Shown: positions 30,301 through 38,178 of the stretch, in pieces | Layout of the letters: the number at the start of each line of letters is the position of its first letter | Numbering within the stretch: the stretch's first letter is position 1 | Assembly: GCA_000002435.2 (NCBI GenBank) | Contig: CM018793.1 | Origin: Giardia intestinalis | Lineage: Eukaryota | Reading direction: 5' to 3' (one strand) | DNA: 64,000 nt | Notes under the pieces: generated by a model | What the model was told of the DNA's origin: nothing | Databases searched by the model: none | Seen by the model: only the letters and a program-made list of their open reading frames with translations | Made by a program: the position numbers and the translations under genes

Positions 30301-31492
30301 TGGGTCGAGTGCCTAATGGATACAAGTCTGCATTGAATGGGAGGAGATCTGTGAGGCGGCCAAACCACAACCTGCCTCCCACATCTACAGTTGCTATTGC
30401 TGATGGAGTAAATTTTGGTCCGGGATTCAGAGTCGTACTCTGAGCGTCTGATGGGAGAATCACCTGCTGTCGAGACTCGTTAATGTATCCGTCCTGGACT
30501 CTAAGGAGAAACCCAACTTCAAATGCATACACATGGGAACTCGTTGTGAGCACCTGGACCAAGTCGCCTTGCTTTAAGGCGAGAGACAGGTCATACTCCA
30601 GGCGAGTGGTAACCACTGCATCTATAACATCATCTATCTTGGGCACCGATGGCAAATGCTCCATGCAAATTGGACACGTGTGCTGTCGCCAATACAGCGT
30701 GCAAGCGTAGATACATGCAGCGCAAAAGGTATGTCCGCACTTTGTGGTCATAGGCTTAACAAACGGGTCATGACAAACACGGCAGAAATAACGGCGTTCT
30801 AGTCCATACACCTTGACTACTTGCTGCAAAGAAATGGGATCTTTTGTTAAAACCTTAACCGGGATGCACTCATTTTTGTCTATGTTTGTAAAGTAGACTC
30901 CCTTACCTGCTCTGTTACTAACTGAATCATTGACATGAGTAGACTTGGTGTCCATTATAAGTGTTGGTATTCCCGAATTCTCTGATAAGACGTCCTCATC
31001 GTCCGGTGGTGTAGTGTTGAGTTGCAAAGAAACACTATTTAGATCTGTACTGGAGGAAAGTGGCTCCTTAGAATGGCTCCCTCTTCTATGCTTGTCTTCT
31101 CTCGGTTGATCTTCAGACAGCTGTGATTCTGAATGAGATGGGGTCTGGATTGCCTGTAAAGAACTAATGCTTGATTCTAGAAGCAAAGGTTGTAATGGCA
31201 ACAAGGGTCCGACGTCCTCTGCAGGAGAAAGTGAATGTGGCGGACCTTGCTGATGTTGATGAGGCGTGTTCAAGATGTTTGTTGCTTCTTTGCAACGTGG
31301 AGTATAGTCTACTAACGTGACATTTATTGAATCATGATCGAGAGAGAGCAAGGTGTTGCAAAGTCCCTTTTCAACAACCACAAGCATACCCTCTACTTCA
31401 GCATTAATGGCTTCCAGCTCAGCTTCTGCAAAAGAGGACAACGGCTGAGCAAGTGCAAAATTGCGTGCTGACAAATCTGGAGAGAATGGCAT
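27389..31492 (-). CDS. Triple RING-finger (C3HC4) protein, putative E3 ubiquitin ligase, ~1367 aa from first ATG (track ORF starts at TTG 31585)
   Basis: Three complete C3HC4 RING signatures: CRVCHDPF...CGHTFCAACI...CPIC, CVGCKQLL...CGHFYCYNCA...CLGC, CSACSQVV...CGHLVCRSCA...CLVC. Stop TAA at 27389-27391. Confidence 0.8.
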   Translation of the reverse strand: MPFSPDLSARNFALAQPLSSFAEAELEAINAEVEGMLVVVEKGLCNTLLSLDHDSINVTLVDYTPRCKEATNILNTPHQHQQGPPHSLSPAEDVGPLLPLQPLLLESSISSLQAIQTPSHSESQLSEDQPREDKHRRGSHSKEPLSSSTDLNSVSLQLNTTPPDDEDVLSENSGIPTLIMDTKSTHVNDSVSNRAGKGVYFTNIDKNECIPVKVLTKDPISLQQVVKVYGLERRYFCRVCHDPFVKPMTTKCGHTFCAACIYACTLYWRQHTCPICMEHLPSVPKIDDVIDAVVTTRLEYDLSLALKQGDLVQVLTTSSHVYAFEVGFLLRVQDGYINESRQQVILPSDAQSTTLNPGPKFTPSAIATVDVGGRLWFGRLTDLLPFNADLYPLGTRPTRGSIVIDSRKLNLKLFDKQATKNKIECFSLERTLEKARFIRRSEVTSTSAAASSEDQAPFAKNELCMFANEIYNYELCMTTNHLARDPLAYADNFLTKISRGSQERYAEHFEELQQLQVVVTDLAEEARKNLDFDENDYICSLSHAKFFSPSEFPDYFERPESSSNYRLLMAENAATRSVELQGPNGQERVTNICPYLSIVTNLAFWNKLRDFCCVGCKQLLRLPVKLKCGHFYCYNCALDSLKMSWPCLGCGVRLSLCDLDLDTSFSSASHCPTDEATDNTLYPFVRTSRFVPINSPLLDAINSLFPLHKALLDKWQPVRINLAVNTIGMIYDDPSYNTVRVLTDPDTIVTVSVGDLTPLDLREFRPALRGNSGVLLASTLFQSHIGVYTSPNISTGKDLTDNLEPPCDFFDECPNNFFTHALVKIFNKSRAMVLMRNGPFFAPLQNMTNPFLITSIRLVPDFSRIITLFSYLLRYIKEIKMKTEKELVTRQYRERYMEENHIGFVKDDLHVQRRQAAEGICANAWKDSKPNAPHIEKVIEHEDNKKVRASSIVPRSHTKKPLQAFERQRYQAQINNGAKLAVPIKPLTHPFSVHLIEHKDTLLANTAAKNKLAELRKEEQRVIKLMRSNPQMEATISTFASVLKVLFRTGARDFLCSACSQVVRHPCRLRCGHLVCRSCAVTYYVGRMGCLVCDTNVLSVHDLFLDISSFQQTAAYVPRYLHGEQIDKGMFVIRPEVRKNGMGIVLSTLHHIGTDYAAVRFVEGTITVRVSELQTVLPKQQMSIASLPGSSLSCLFASQIALRDQLIGSACVYWPPEDLDLIADPFSPLRRGLFGLICDYDSKTVTVTFETGVETRVPPSHLLSLQLVGPMPKFEIQRRWCLAELRAKEEKERYEQNRAIEMQIIVSLERDDVRDLELAKSARQLGPGARIPSCRPADLGDYHPPAIFFSGAVCREQLARVRCRAGK

Positions 31493-31668
31493 CCGTGTTT
31501 TTGGGTTTAGATTTAGACTAATCGGAAATTGTTGGCTTGAGTGCTTCGACGGCTTAGCAACGTAGTGGACACATCCGGTTACCAAGTGTGTGTAATCGCG
31601 CGTAATTGTGAGAACACTCAGTAGCAGAGAATCGGTGCAGACGAACAGGTTGGGCTTGAATAGCAGCG

Positions 31669-32211
31669 ATGCAATGGCTCAAGTACTTCATTGTTCATAG
31701 AAGATCTAGAGCACAGAGACTTAAAGACTTTAGTTCAAAAAATACAGAGTCGCGGTTCTGTCACCTCTTCCTGAGACGAATGGCAGTGGACAAAAACACT
31801 CTTGTGGCAGTCCATTATATTCTCTCTGATCTGCTTCGGATTCCCATCAACAAGAAGCTCTTCGTGCGTCGCATTGGCCAGGTTGCAGCAGCGGCAACCT
31901 GTCACGAGAATGAGTTGATTCTTGCAATCATCCTCTTGCTGCGCGCTCTGCAAAGCAATGCACACATTACTGAAAAGAATATTTACTACCAATACTTCGT
32001 AGCTATAACGCTCGCTAACTCATACCTCTACGATGCACAGCTAAGCCTCTCGCAGTGGGCCCAGAGCTGCTGGGTTACAGTGGAGCCTAGCAAGATCTTT
32101 GGTGCTCAGCTACTGTTCCTCAGTGATGTTGACTGGGATCTTTGTGTCTCAGAGGCTGACTACATGGAGATAGCTCTATGCATAGATCTTTTATGCGAGG
32201 TATATGCATAG
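31669..32211 (+). CDS. Candidate PHO80-like (Pcl-type) cyclin-fold protein, 180 aa
   Basis: YQYFVAITLANSYLYDAQLSLSQWAQ...IFGAQLLFLSDVDWDLCVSEADY resembles the Pho80-cyclin core (hRlfLtalmLAsKflDD..ysN..Wakv.gis..ELN.LE.eFL.lLdf.L.Vseeey). Recognition by eye only. Confidence 0.45.
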   Translation: MQWLKYFIVHRRSRAQRLKDFSSKNTESRFCHLFLRRMAVDKNTLVAVHYILSDLLRIPINKKLFVRRIGQVAAAATCHENELILAIILLLRALQSNAHITEKNIYYQYFVAITLANSYLYDAQLSLSQWAQSCWVTVEPSKIFGAQLLFLSDVDWDLCVSEADYMEIALCIDLLCEVYA

Positions 32212-32241
32212 GAGTCTTTTGTGATGTAGACTAGTTGAATC

Positions 32242-33192
32242 TCATAATCTTAGCTTCTGATTCACCCAAAGAAACACCCCAGAGCTTCTAGCAGCATCGG
32301 ATGCTGTGGCTGCACGTAGTCTGTATTGCTCTTCTATACTTTCTACGGGGAGAGGGTGAAAACCATAGTAGTAGTATGCGTCACGCAACGGGATGCTTGC
32401 GTCCGTTTGCATGTCCCTGAGTGCCTCCAACTGTCTTGGTATTCGAGTGTCAGCAAACCCATGTATACCCTTGCTTCGTGCCTGCTCCATCCTGGTCAGA
32501 ACATCGCGGTGTTCCGCGTTAACCTGTTCCAGTGCTTTCACTTTTGCCCATTCGTGGCTAAGCAGAGCTTCAGGAGAGATCTTCATGTATCCCATCAATC
32601 TCGCATATTCTCTTGGGAAACAGGCATGGGGAAGATGCTTATTAGAACAGCATAGATCATTCTGCTGCTCCCAATGCCCTATCTGCCGCGTGTGGGCGTT
32701 GTTCTTCACCCAGATATCGAGGCCAGTACTATCAAAAAGAGTACTTCTTGTATCTCCAATGCGCCTCCGTGGATGCTCAGTAACACTCGTTCCCCCTGCA
32801 TTCAGTGAGTGGCTGCGTGTCTGTACCCTCGGAGGTTCGTATATCTCATTCATGGAGCAGCTTTGGTAAACATTCGTGCCCACCATGTCTTCTCCTGATG
32901 TCTTCAGAGATGCGGTGGCTGGAGGGAGTCTCTGGGTCGCCGCGCAAACTTGCTCAGGAATATTTCTGGGTGCATCCCTGAGCTGAGTAGTGCTATCTGT
33001 AGAAAAATAAACTTCGTCTGGCTCTGTTCGCGTGATTGTTCCTATTGATTCCCGCGTGTAAGCAGGTAAGGTGATTAAAGACTTGTTGCGGTTCCTGGCC
33101 CGCTGGCTATCGAAGTGCGTGCCAGGGAACATTCGTTGTTTATTGTACGCAGCTGCTATGGTAGAGGCAACGCGAGGAAGAATCGTGTCCAT
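32242..33192 (-). CDS. Hypothetical protein, 316 aa (no recognisable domain)
   Basis: ATG start. Long ORF. Divergent partner of the kinase gene with a 9-bp AT-only spacer. Confidence 0.6.
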   Translation of the reverse strand: MDTILPRVASTIAAAYNKQRMFPGTHFDSQRARNRNKSLITLPAYTRESIGTITRTEPDEVYFSTDSTTQLRDAPRNIPEQVCAATQRLPPATASLKTSGEDMVGTNVYQSCSMNEIYEPPRVQTRSHSLNAGGTSVTEHPRRRIGDTRSTLFDSTGLDIWVKNNAHTRQIGHWEQQNDLCCSNKHLPHACFPREYARLMGYMKISPEALLSHEWAKVKALEQVNAEHRDVLTRMEQARSKGIHGFADTRIPRQLEALRDMQTDASIPLRDAYYYYGFHPLPVESIEEQYRLRAATASDAARSSGVFLWVNQKLRL

Positions 33193-33201
33193 TTTTAATT
33201 A
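33193..33201. promoter_or_regulatory. 9-bp AT-only bidirectional intergenic element (ttttaatta) between divergent ATGs at 33190-33192 (-) and 33202-33204 (+)
   Basis: cat-ttttaatta-atg. The whole intergenic region is 9 nt of A/T. Fits Giardia minimal AT-rich initiators and bidirectional promoters. Confidence 0.5.
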
Positions 33202-34920
33202 ATGGCGGATTCTCTCATGCTTCAGACAGAGCCACGTGGGATCTCGAATCATCAAACTGACACCTTAACTCATGAGCAGAAGAGATCACTCTCTTGTACT
33301 ATCCCATGTACTACTGTGAGCCAAGTACATAGCAGCCCCAGGAGTCCCCGCATCCACATAAACGATGAGCTACTACGGCTCCTTGTAGCAGCCCCAATAA
33401 TCCAGCATCCTCGCTACATTAAATATATAGCAAAAGGGGCGATAGGGAAGGTGTTTGTGCATGAAGCCAAAGTGGTCAATTTAGTTACCAATGCGCGACC
33501 CTCATGGCTCAAGACGATGAGAACTTTGCTAAATTTAAAACACTGTAATGTATCCTCATATCTTGCGGTAGAAAAGCGTGGCGCATGCATTTATGTAGCA
33601 GAGTGCTGTGCAGAGCTCAAGACTGTCCGCACCTTGATAGAAAGTGCCAGAACCATCAAGCGATACGTCAAAGAAAGTGTTGTCTGGGAAATCTTATATC
33701 ATGTCCTGTCCGGGCTGGCATATCTACATATGTATGCCCGCAACACCATCCCCTGGGCAGAGACAATTGTCCATGGCGCCATTACTCCAGATAACATCTT
33801 GCTATTGGATGATGAGGTCGCAGTGCTGAGCTCGTGTGCTCTTTGGGAACTCTTCCCTGTTACTTGGTTTGACATAAATAATCCAAGTACGTATTTGATG
33901 GCTCCAGAAGTGATTGTAGACCCGATGCATATGACATCTGCAAGCGATATTTGGTCTGTTGGGGCTGTGTTTTATGAACTTCTTACGTTGCATCCCTTTG
34001 CTGGAGATTATCCTGCAACGGATATAGATGGATTACTTCAAAGACTCTACGAAAGATTGGGCGTAATTCCACCTGAACTTCCCGGATATTCTGAGGACAT
34101 TACACACCTGATTCGTTGTATGTTGCATATGGATCCAAGACGGCGGCCCTCCATCGAAGAGCTTCTCACTAATAAGCACATGCTTTATACGAAGTACAGA
34201 GCAACCAGAATACAGGAAAGCGCGAACTACTTGTTAAGTCCTTCGATGAGTCAGATGCATGCGAATACAAGGGAAATATCTAATAGAAAGGATCAGGACT
34301 CCACAGTATTGTACAATAACACACTTTTAACAACTAAATCACAGGGTCTGCATCTTATATTTCTCAACGCCCAGGGAGAAACCCGGCTCATGCAGGCGGC
34401 TCGAGATAAAAAGTATGCTCAACTTATGACACTGATCAAAGAGGAGGCCGGGGTTCAGTCTGCAGATGGAATGACAGCTCTGATGTATGCAGCGTTGTTC
34501 AACAATTCTTTGGCAATCAATTACCTAATTGACAAGGAAGCACGCCTGGTCGATAACGACGGGAATAGTGCGCTTATTTTTGCAATACACTCCAATTTCC
34601 GTTGTTGTGCAGAGCTACTGGCTCCGTACGAAGGGGGAATCGTCAACAATGTAGGTGAGACTGCGCTGATGTATGCTACCCGGCGACGTTATGACAATAT
34701 CATTCGAACCCTTGTCCGGAAGGAAACAGGGATACAGAATAATAGTGGTGACACAGCGCTGATCATCGCTATTAGGGCTAACTATAAAGAGGGCGTGCGT
34801 ATCCTTGCACCGTTAGAAAAACATATTGGACTAATGGATGGGACGATGCCAGAGACTCTGGCTGTCAGGTTGGGCTTCAGCGATCTTGGCGAGCTTATCA
34901 AAGGTTTCGCCAATCAATAG
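33202..34920 (+). CDS. Nek-like protein (pseudo)kinase with C-terminal ankyrin repeats
   Basis: Kinase fold: APE (LMAPEV) and subdomain IX DIWSVGAVFYELLT. Catalytic motifs degenerate: HRDLKPEN->HGAITPDN, no DFG, glycine loop AKGAIGKV. At least 4 ankyrin repeats (DGMTALMYAALFNNSLAINYLI..., DGNSALIFAIHSN..., GETALMYATRR..., GDTALIIAIRANYKEGVRIL). Giardia has a large Nek expansion, many inactive and ankyrin-bearing. Confidence 0.85.
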   Translation: MADSLMLQTEPRGISNHQTDTLTHEQKRSLSCTIPCTTVSQVHSSPRSPRIHINDELLRLLVAAPIIQHPRYIKYIAKGAIGKVFVHEAKVVNLVTNARPSWLKTMRTLLNLKHCNVSSYLAVEKRGACIYVAECCAELKTVRTLIESARTIKRYVKESVVWEILYHVLSGLAYLHMYARNTIPWAETIVHGAITPDNILLLDDEVAVLSSCALWELFPVTWFDINNPSTYLMAPEVIVDPMHMTSASDIWSVGAVFYELLTLHPFAGDYPATDIDGLLQRLYERLGVIPPELPGYSEDITHLIRCMLHMDPRRRPSIEELLTNKHMLYTKYRATRIQESANYLLSPSMSQMHANTREISNRKDQDSTVLYNNTLLTTKSQGLHLIFLNAQGETRLMQAARDKKYAQLMTLIKEEAGVQSADGMTALMYAALFNNSLAINYLIDKEARLVDNDGNSALIFAIHSNFRCCAELLAPYEGGIVNNVGETALMYATRRRYDNIIRTLVRKETGIQNNSGDTALIIAIRANYKEGVRILAPLEKHIGLMDGTMPETLAVRLGFSDLGELIKGFANQ

Positions 34921-37900
34921 CTTTTCCTTAGACAATGAAATAGCAAACAAGCCACTTCCACAAAAGATAAGACTGCTCGTCTCTGGAGTGGTGTGCAGGC
35001 ACAAGACAGAATGGATATTATAAAGGGGCATAGAAGATAATGGCTTGGTCTGGAAGATGGTAGCACCGGTAGATATACTACTTAACTTACAATAGTGTGG
35101 TATTCTGTCCCAGCCCACATAAGCAAACGCTAATTCTTCTTCAAGTGATGGCAAACTTGTTGCATATATTATCCCATTAACACGTCCTCTTTGCAAGATG
35201 CTTTCTCCCACAGACCGTATACCAGTTTGGCATCTTTCGAAAGCGTATATGGTTAAATATCCCATGTCTGATACTGCGAGTATAAAGTGTTTAAATGTTA
35301 AAACACTGATGATGCTTCCCCGCAAGGAGCTTCTCATCTGCCACTTGATAGTTATAATACCATTAACTCCACACGCAAACCCAAGCGGCTTTTGTGATAG
35401 TACATGTTCCATATATCCTATATCCATTTGACCAAAGTCCGACGTCTTTGTTAGAACGGTAGATAGCTTCTCCTTGTCTATGGCAGCAATGATCAGTCCT
35501 TGGGTCATAGCACCAGCTATATAGTCTTCTCCCCCAATATGCATCCATTGCAACTGCATCGGAACGCTGTGGGTTGAACATCTCTCAATAAGATAAATAC
35601 ATCGTGTCTTATGCAAAAAGCACATTAGCCACAGCTCTCCTATACTGACCCCGACAAGAAATAGGACGGACTGCGAAGTAAGAGACACGTCATAGAAAGG
35701 AAGGACAAACGTATATCTGATGTCTAACTCATCCATTTTTGGTTGGACATATCTAGCAGGAAATCTTCCATGACCTATAACGGTGGCAACTTTAACATCC
35801 CAGATAAGGCAAACTAATTGAGAATTTGATGACCCGATTATTATTAGGTCTTCTGCAGCCGAGATCTTGAGTACCGCAATAGAGCGAACAGAGGCATTGC
35901 AATAATGGATAACCCGAACGAGATTCAGGTTAATGTCATGGAGGGTTACCTCTCCTGTCTCTGAACCGCACACTAGCATGTTTTGGATGGGCGCAAATGC
36001 ATTGATTTCGCTTCCAGATGCCCATCCTGGTAGGATAATGCGAGCCGTCAGCATAGGAGATCCAACAGGTTGAATCAACAACTTCGAAGACGACCAATCG
36101 AATAGAACACACTGCCTACTTACCTCATTGTAGCATATCCCTAGAGCAACACTAACTTCTCCGTTATCACTGAGTAAATTGCCAGTAGAGATAGTGCCCT
36201 GAGCGTACGTAAAACGGTTCGGGCACAGAGAGGTGATGAGCCATCCTTTTGCATCGCGCGAAGCTATAGAGATGGACTTGTCCCAGTGCAGAAGAACACT
36301 GTTGCAAGGCATAATTGATCTGGTTGAGTTCTGCTGACAGAAGATGACTTTATTGTTGTGCACAAGAAGATGAACCAACTGTACCTTTCCTGAATGTAAA
36401 ACAAAGAGAACTGAAACATGATGCCCATCAAGGCTGTGAGTGACCTGAGGTGAGGAAGGAAGTGCTCGAGCATATAGTTTTGTCCTGCCAGCATTGTCAG
36501 TACAGAGACTTAAAATAGGGAACAGAAGCTGCAAGTTCTTTGGTGTGTACTTGAAAATCTGGAGCTGCCCATCTCTAGTGTAAATAAAGACAAGGGATGA
36601 TCCATCAGAAAACCTGAGAATGGATGAAGTTAGCGGCCCGAGTGCTTTCAGATCCATTTGATTTGTGCTTTGAACAGAGGTGACACCTGTCTCTATGCTA
36701 GTGAGATATATGTAATTGAGTGATGGAATACGCTGATGTATTAACACAGACAGTACTGTCAACAAGTTTTGCTGGCATGAAACAATAGCAGCGCCAATTC
36801 CGTAAATAAATACAAATAGATCTGTAGTGCTAGTGTTCTGATGCAATAAGTGGCATGAAGAGACTCCCAGATTGTTTGGTATGTTTGAGTCGATCGTCTG
36901 AGCGCATAGTCGAAGGTGGCTGGCAAAGTTTAGTACGTTGACCTTAGACACTTCAAATGGAGATAGTGATACTTGTACATAATATATTAAAGAAATAGTG
37001 TAGCCTACTATTATAATAAGGTCTCCCTTCTTTGTGACAAATTCATCGAAACAATTTGGTTTTTGGCCTGGTAAGGAGATCAACAGAACAGATGAAAAAT
37101 TGGAAACAAGAATCGCGTCACACAAATATATAACTATGCAATACGTGTCGGCAAAATAAACCATAGTACTGTGAAGGCACACAGGATCCCTCTTATGGTG
37201 TATTCCTGCATTTCCAGTGTACGCATGTTCTAGTGGTAGCTCAACTAGTTTGTGGGCAAGGTCTTCTAAGCTATGCGACAGCACTGCGCCGTCTTCTCCA
37301 CATGTGAAAAGCCTCCTCTCGAAGACAACCATGTCTTTCACGATCCCGCCATGTAAACGTGCACGGTAGTCTAAAGTAGACAGCAAGTCAGAGCCATATT
37401 TATATGAGTATGCATACCTGTGAATGTTGCCAGTTTCATCACCCAGGTAGATACTAGTCCTATCTAAATGTCCTGAGTAGAGCCGAGACACGTTGTCTAG
37501 TATGGGCCAATCATTTGTATGTACGGTTATGTTCGTCCTATTATCCCAGGAAAAAGCCAGAGAGAAAATGTGTGCGTGCTTGCAGCTCAGAGCTAAAAGA
37601 AGATAAAGGCAATCAAAAGAATGGCTAGAATTTAACACATGATGAGATGTAAGGCAGAGGACAGGAAATGAGGGTGTACAAATTGTTGCTATGCACTCAT
37701 ACGTCATTTGCTCCACATCAATGAGACAAAGCTCGACCAGAGGCGCTGCAGAGCCCAGAGCGAGAAGAGCCTTCCTGGGAAATAGAAATCCAAGAAACCG
37801 AGAGGAAAAGAAGATACCGGTGCTTCCCTTGTGATAAGACAGGGTCCCAGTGGACACATCCAAACAGCCCCAATCGCCTGTTATGAAGGAAATAAGCCAT

Positions 37901-38178
37901 AGTTTGTTGCTTGGAAGAACGGATAAAGCTACAGATGGACATGATACTAGATGATCAAAGGACAAATTGTCATCTGTGCATTTGTAAATAGAGATCACTC
38001 GTCCGGCACAGACAACAAGATATGGTGACCAAAATGAAGCGCATGAAACCGCTGATTTGATACCATCATGATTCAAGGCGGCGACAGGAGTAGCTCCTCG
38101 GTAGATTGTGCTTCCAGATATTGCATACAGTTGCCCCGTTGAGCCAGCTAAACACAGTGCTGTGACGGGAAGACTCAT
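34831..38178 (-). CDS. Hypothetical large protein (1115 aa), possibly beta-propeller/WD-like N-terminal region; 3' end overlaps kinase gene by 90 nt
   Basis: ATG at 38176-38178. Uninterrupted 3.3-kb ORF. No recognisable catalytic motifs. Confidence 0.65.
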   Translation of the reverse strand: MSLPVTALCLAGSTGQLYAISGSTIYRGATPVAALNHDGIKSAVSCASFWSPYLVVCAGRVISIYKCTDDNLSFDHLVSCPSVALSVLPSNKLWLISFITGDWGCLDVSTGTLSYHKGSTGIFFSSRFLGFLFPRKALLALGSAAPLVELCLIDVEQMTYECIATICTPSFPVLCLTSHHVLNSSHSFDCLYLLLALSCKHAHIFSLAFSWDNRTNITVHTNDWPILDNVSRLYSGHLDRTSIYLGDETGNIHRYAYSYKYGSDLLSTLDYRARLHGGIVKDMVVFERRLFTCGEDGAVLSHSLEDLAHKLVELPLEHAYTGNAGIHHKRDPVCLHSTMVYFADTYCIVIYLCDAILVSNFSSVLLISLPGQKPNCFDEFVTKKGDLIIIVGYTISLIYYVQVSLSPFEVSKVNVLNFASHLRLCAQTIDSNIPNNLGVSSCHLLHQNTSTTDLFVFIYGIGAAIVSCQQNLLTVLSVLIHQRIPSLNYIYLTSIETGVTSVQSTNQMDLKALGPLTSSILRFSDGSSLVFIYTRDGQLQIFKYTPKNLQLLFPILSLCTDNAGRTKLYARALPSSPQVTHSLDGHHVSVLFVLHSGKVQLVHLLVHNNKVIFCQQNSTRSIMPCNSVLLHWDKSISIASRDAKGWLITSLCPNRFTYAQGTISTGNLLSDNGEVSVALGICYNEVSRQCVLFDWSSSKLLIQPVGSPMLTARIILPGWASGSEINAFAPIQNMLVCGSETGEVTLHDINLNLVRVIHYCNASVRSIAVLKISAAEDLIIIGSSNSQLVCLIWDVKVATVIGHGRFPARYVQPKMDELDIRYTFVLPFYDVSLTSQSVLFLVGVSIGELWLMCFLHKTRCIYLIERCSTHSVPMQLQWMHIGGEDYIAGAMTQGLIIAAIDKEKLSTVLTKTSDFGQMDIGYMEHVLSQKPLGFACGVNGIITIKWQMRSSLRGSIISVLTFKHFILAVSDMGYLTIYAFERCQTGIRSVGESILQRGRVNGIIYATSLPSLEEELAFAYVGWDRIPHYCKLSSISTGATIFQTKPLSSMPLYNIHSVLCLHTTPETSSLIFCGSGLFAISLSKEKLLIGETFDKLAKIAEAQPDSQSLWHRPIH

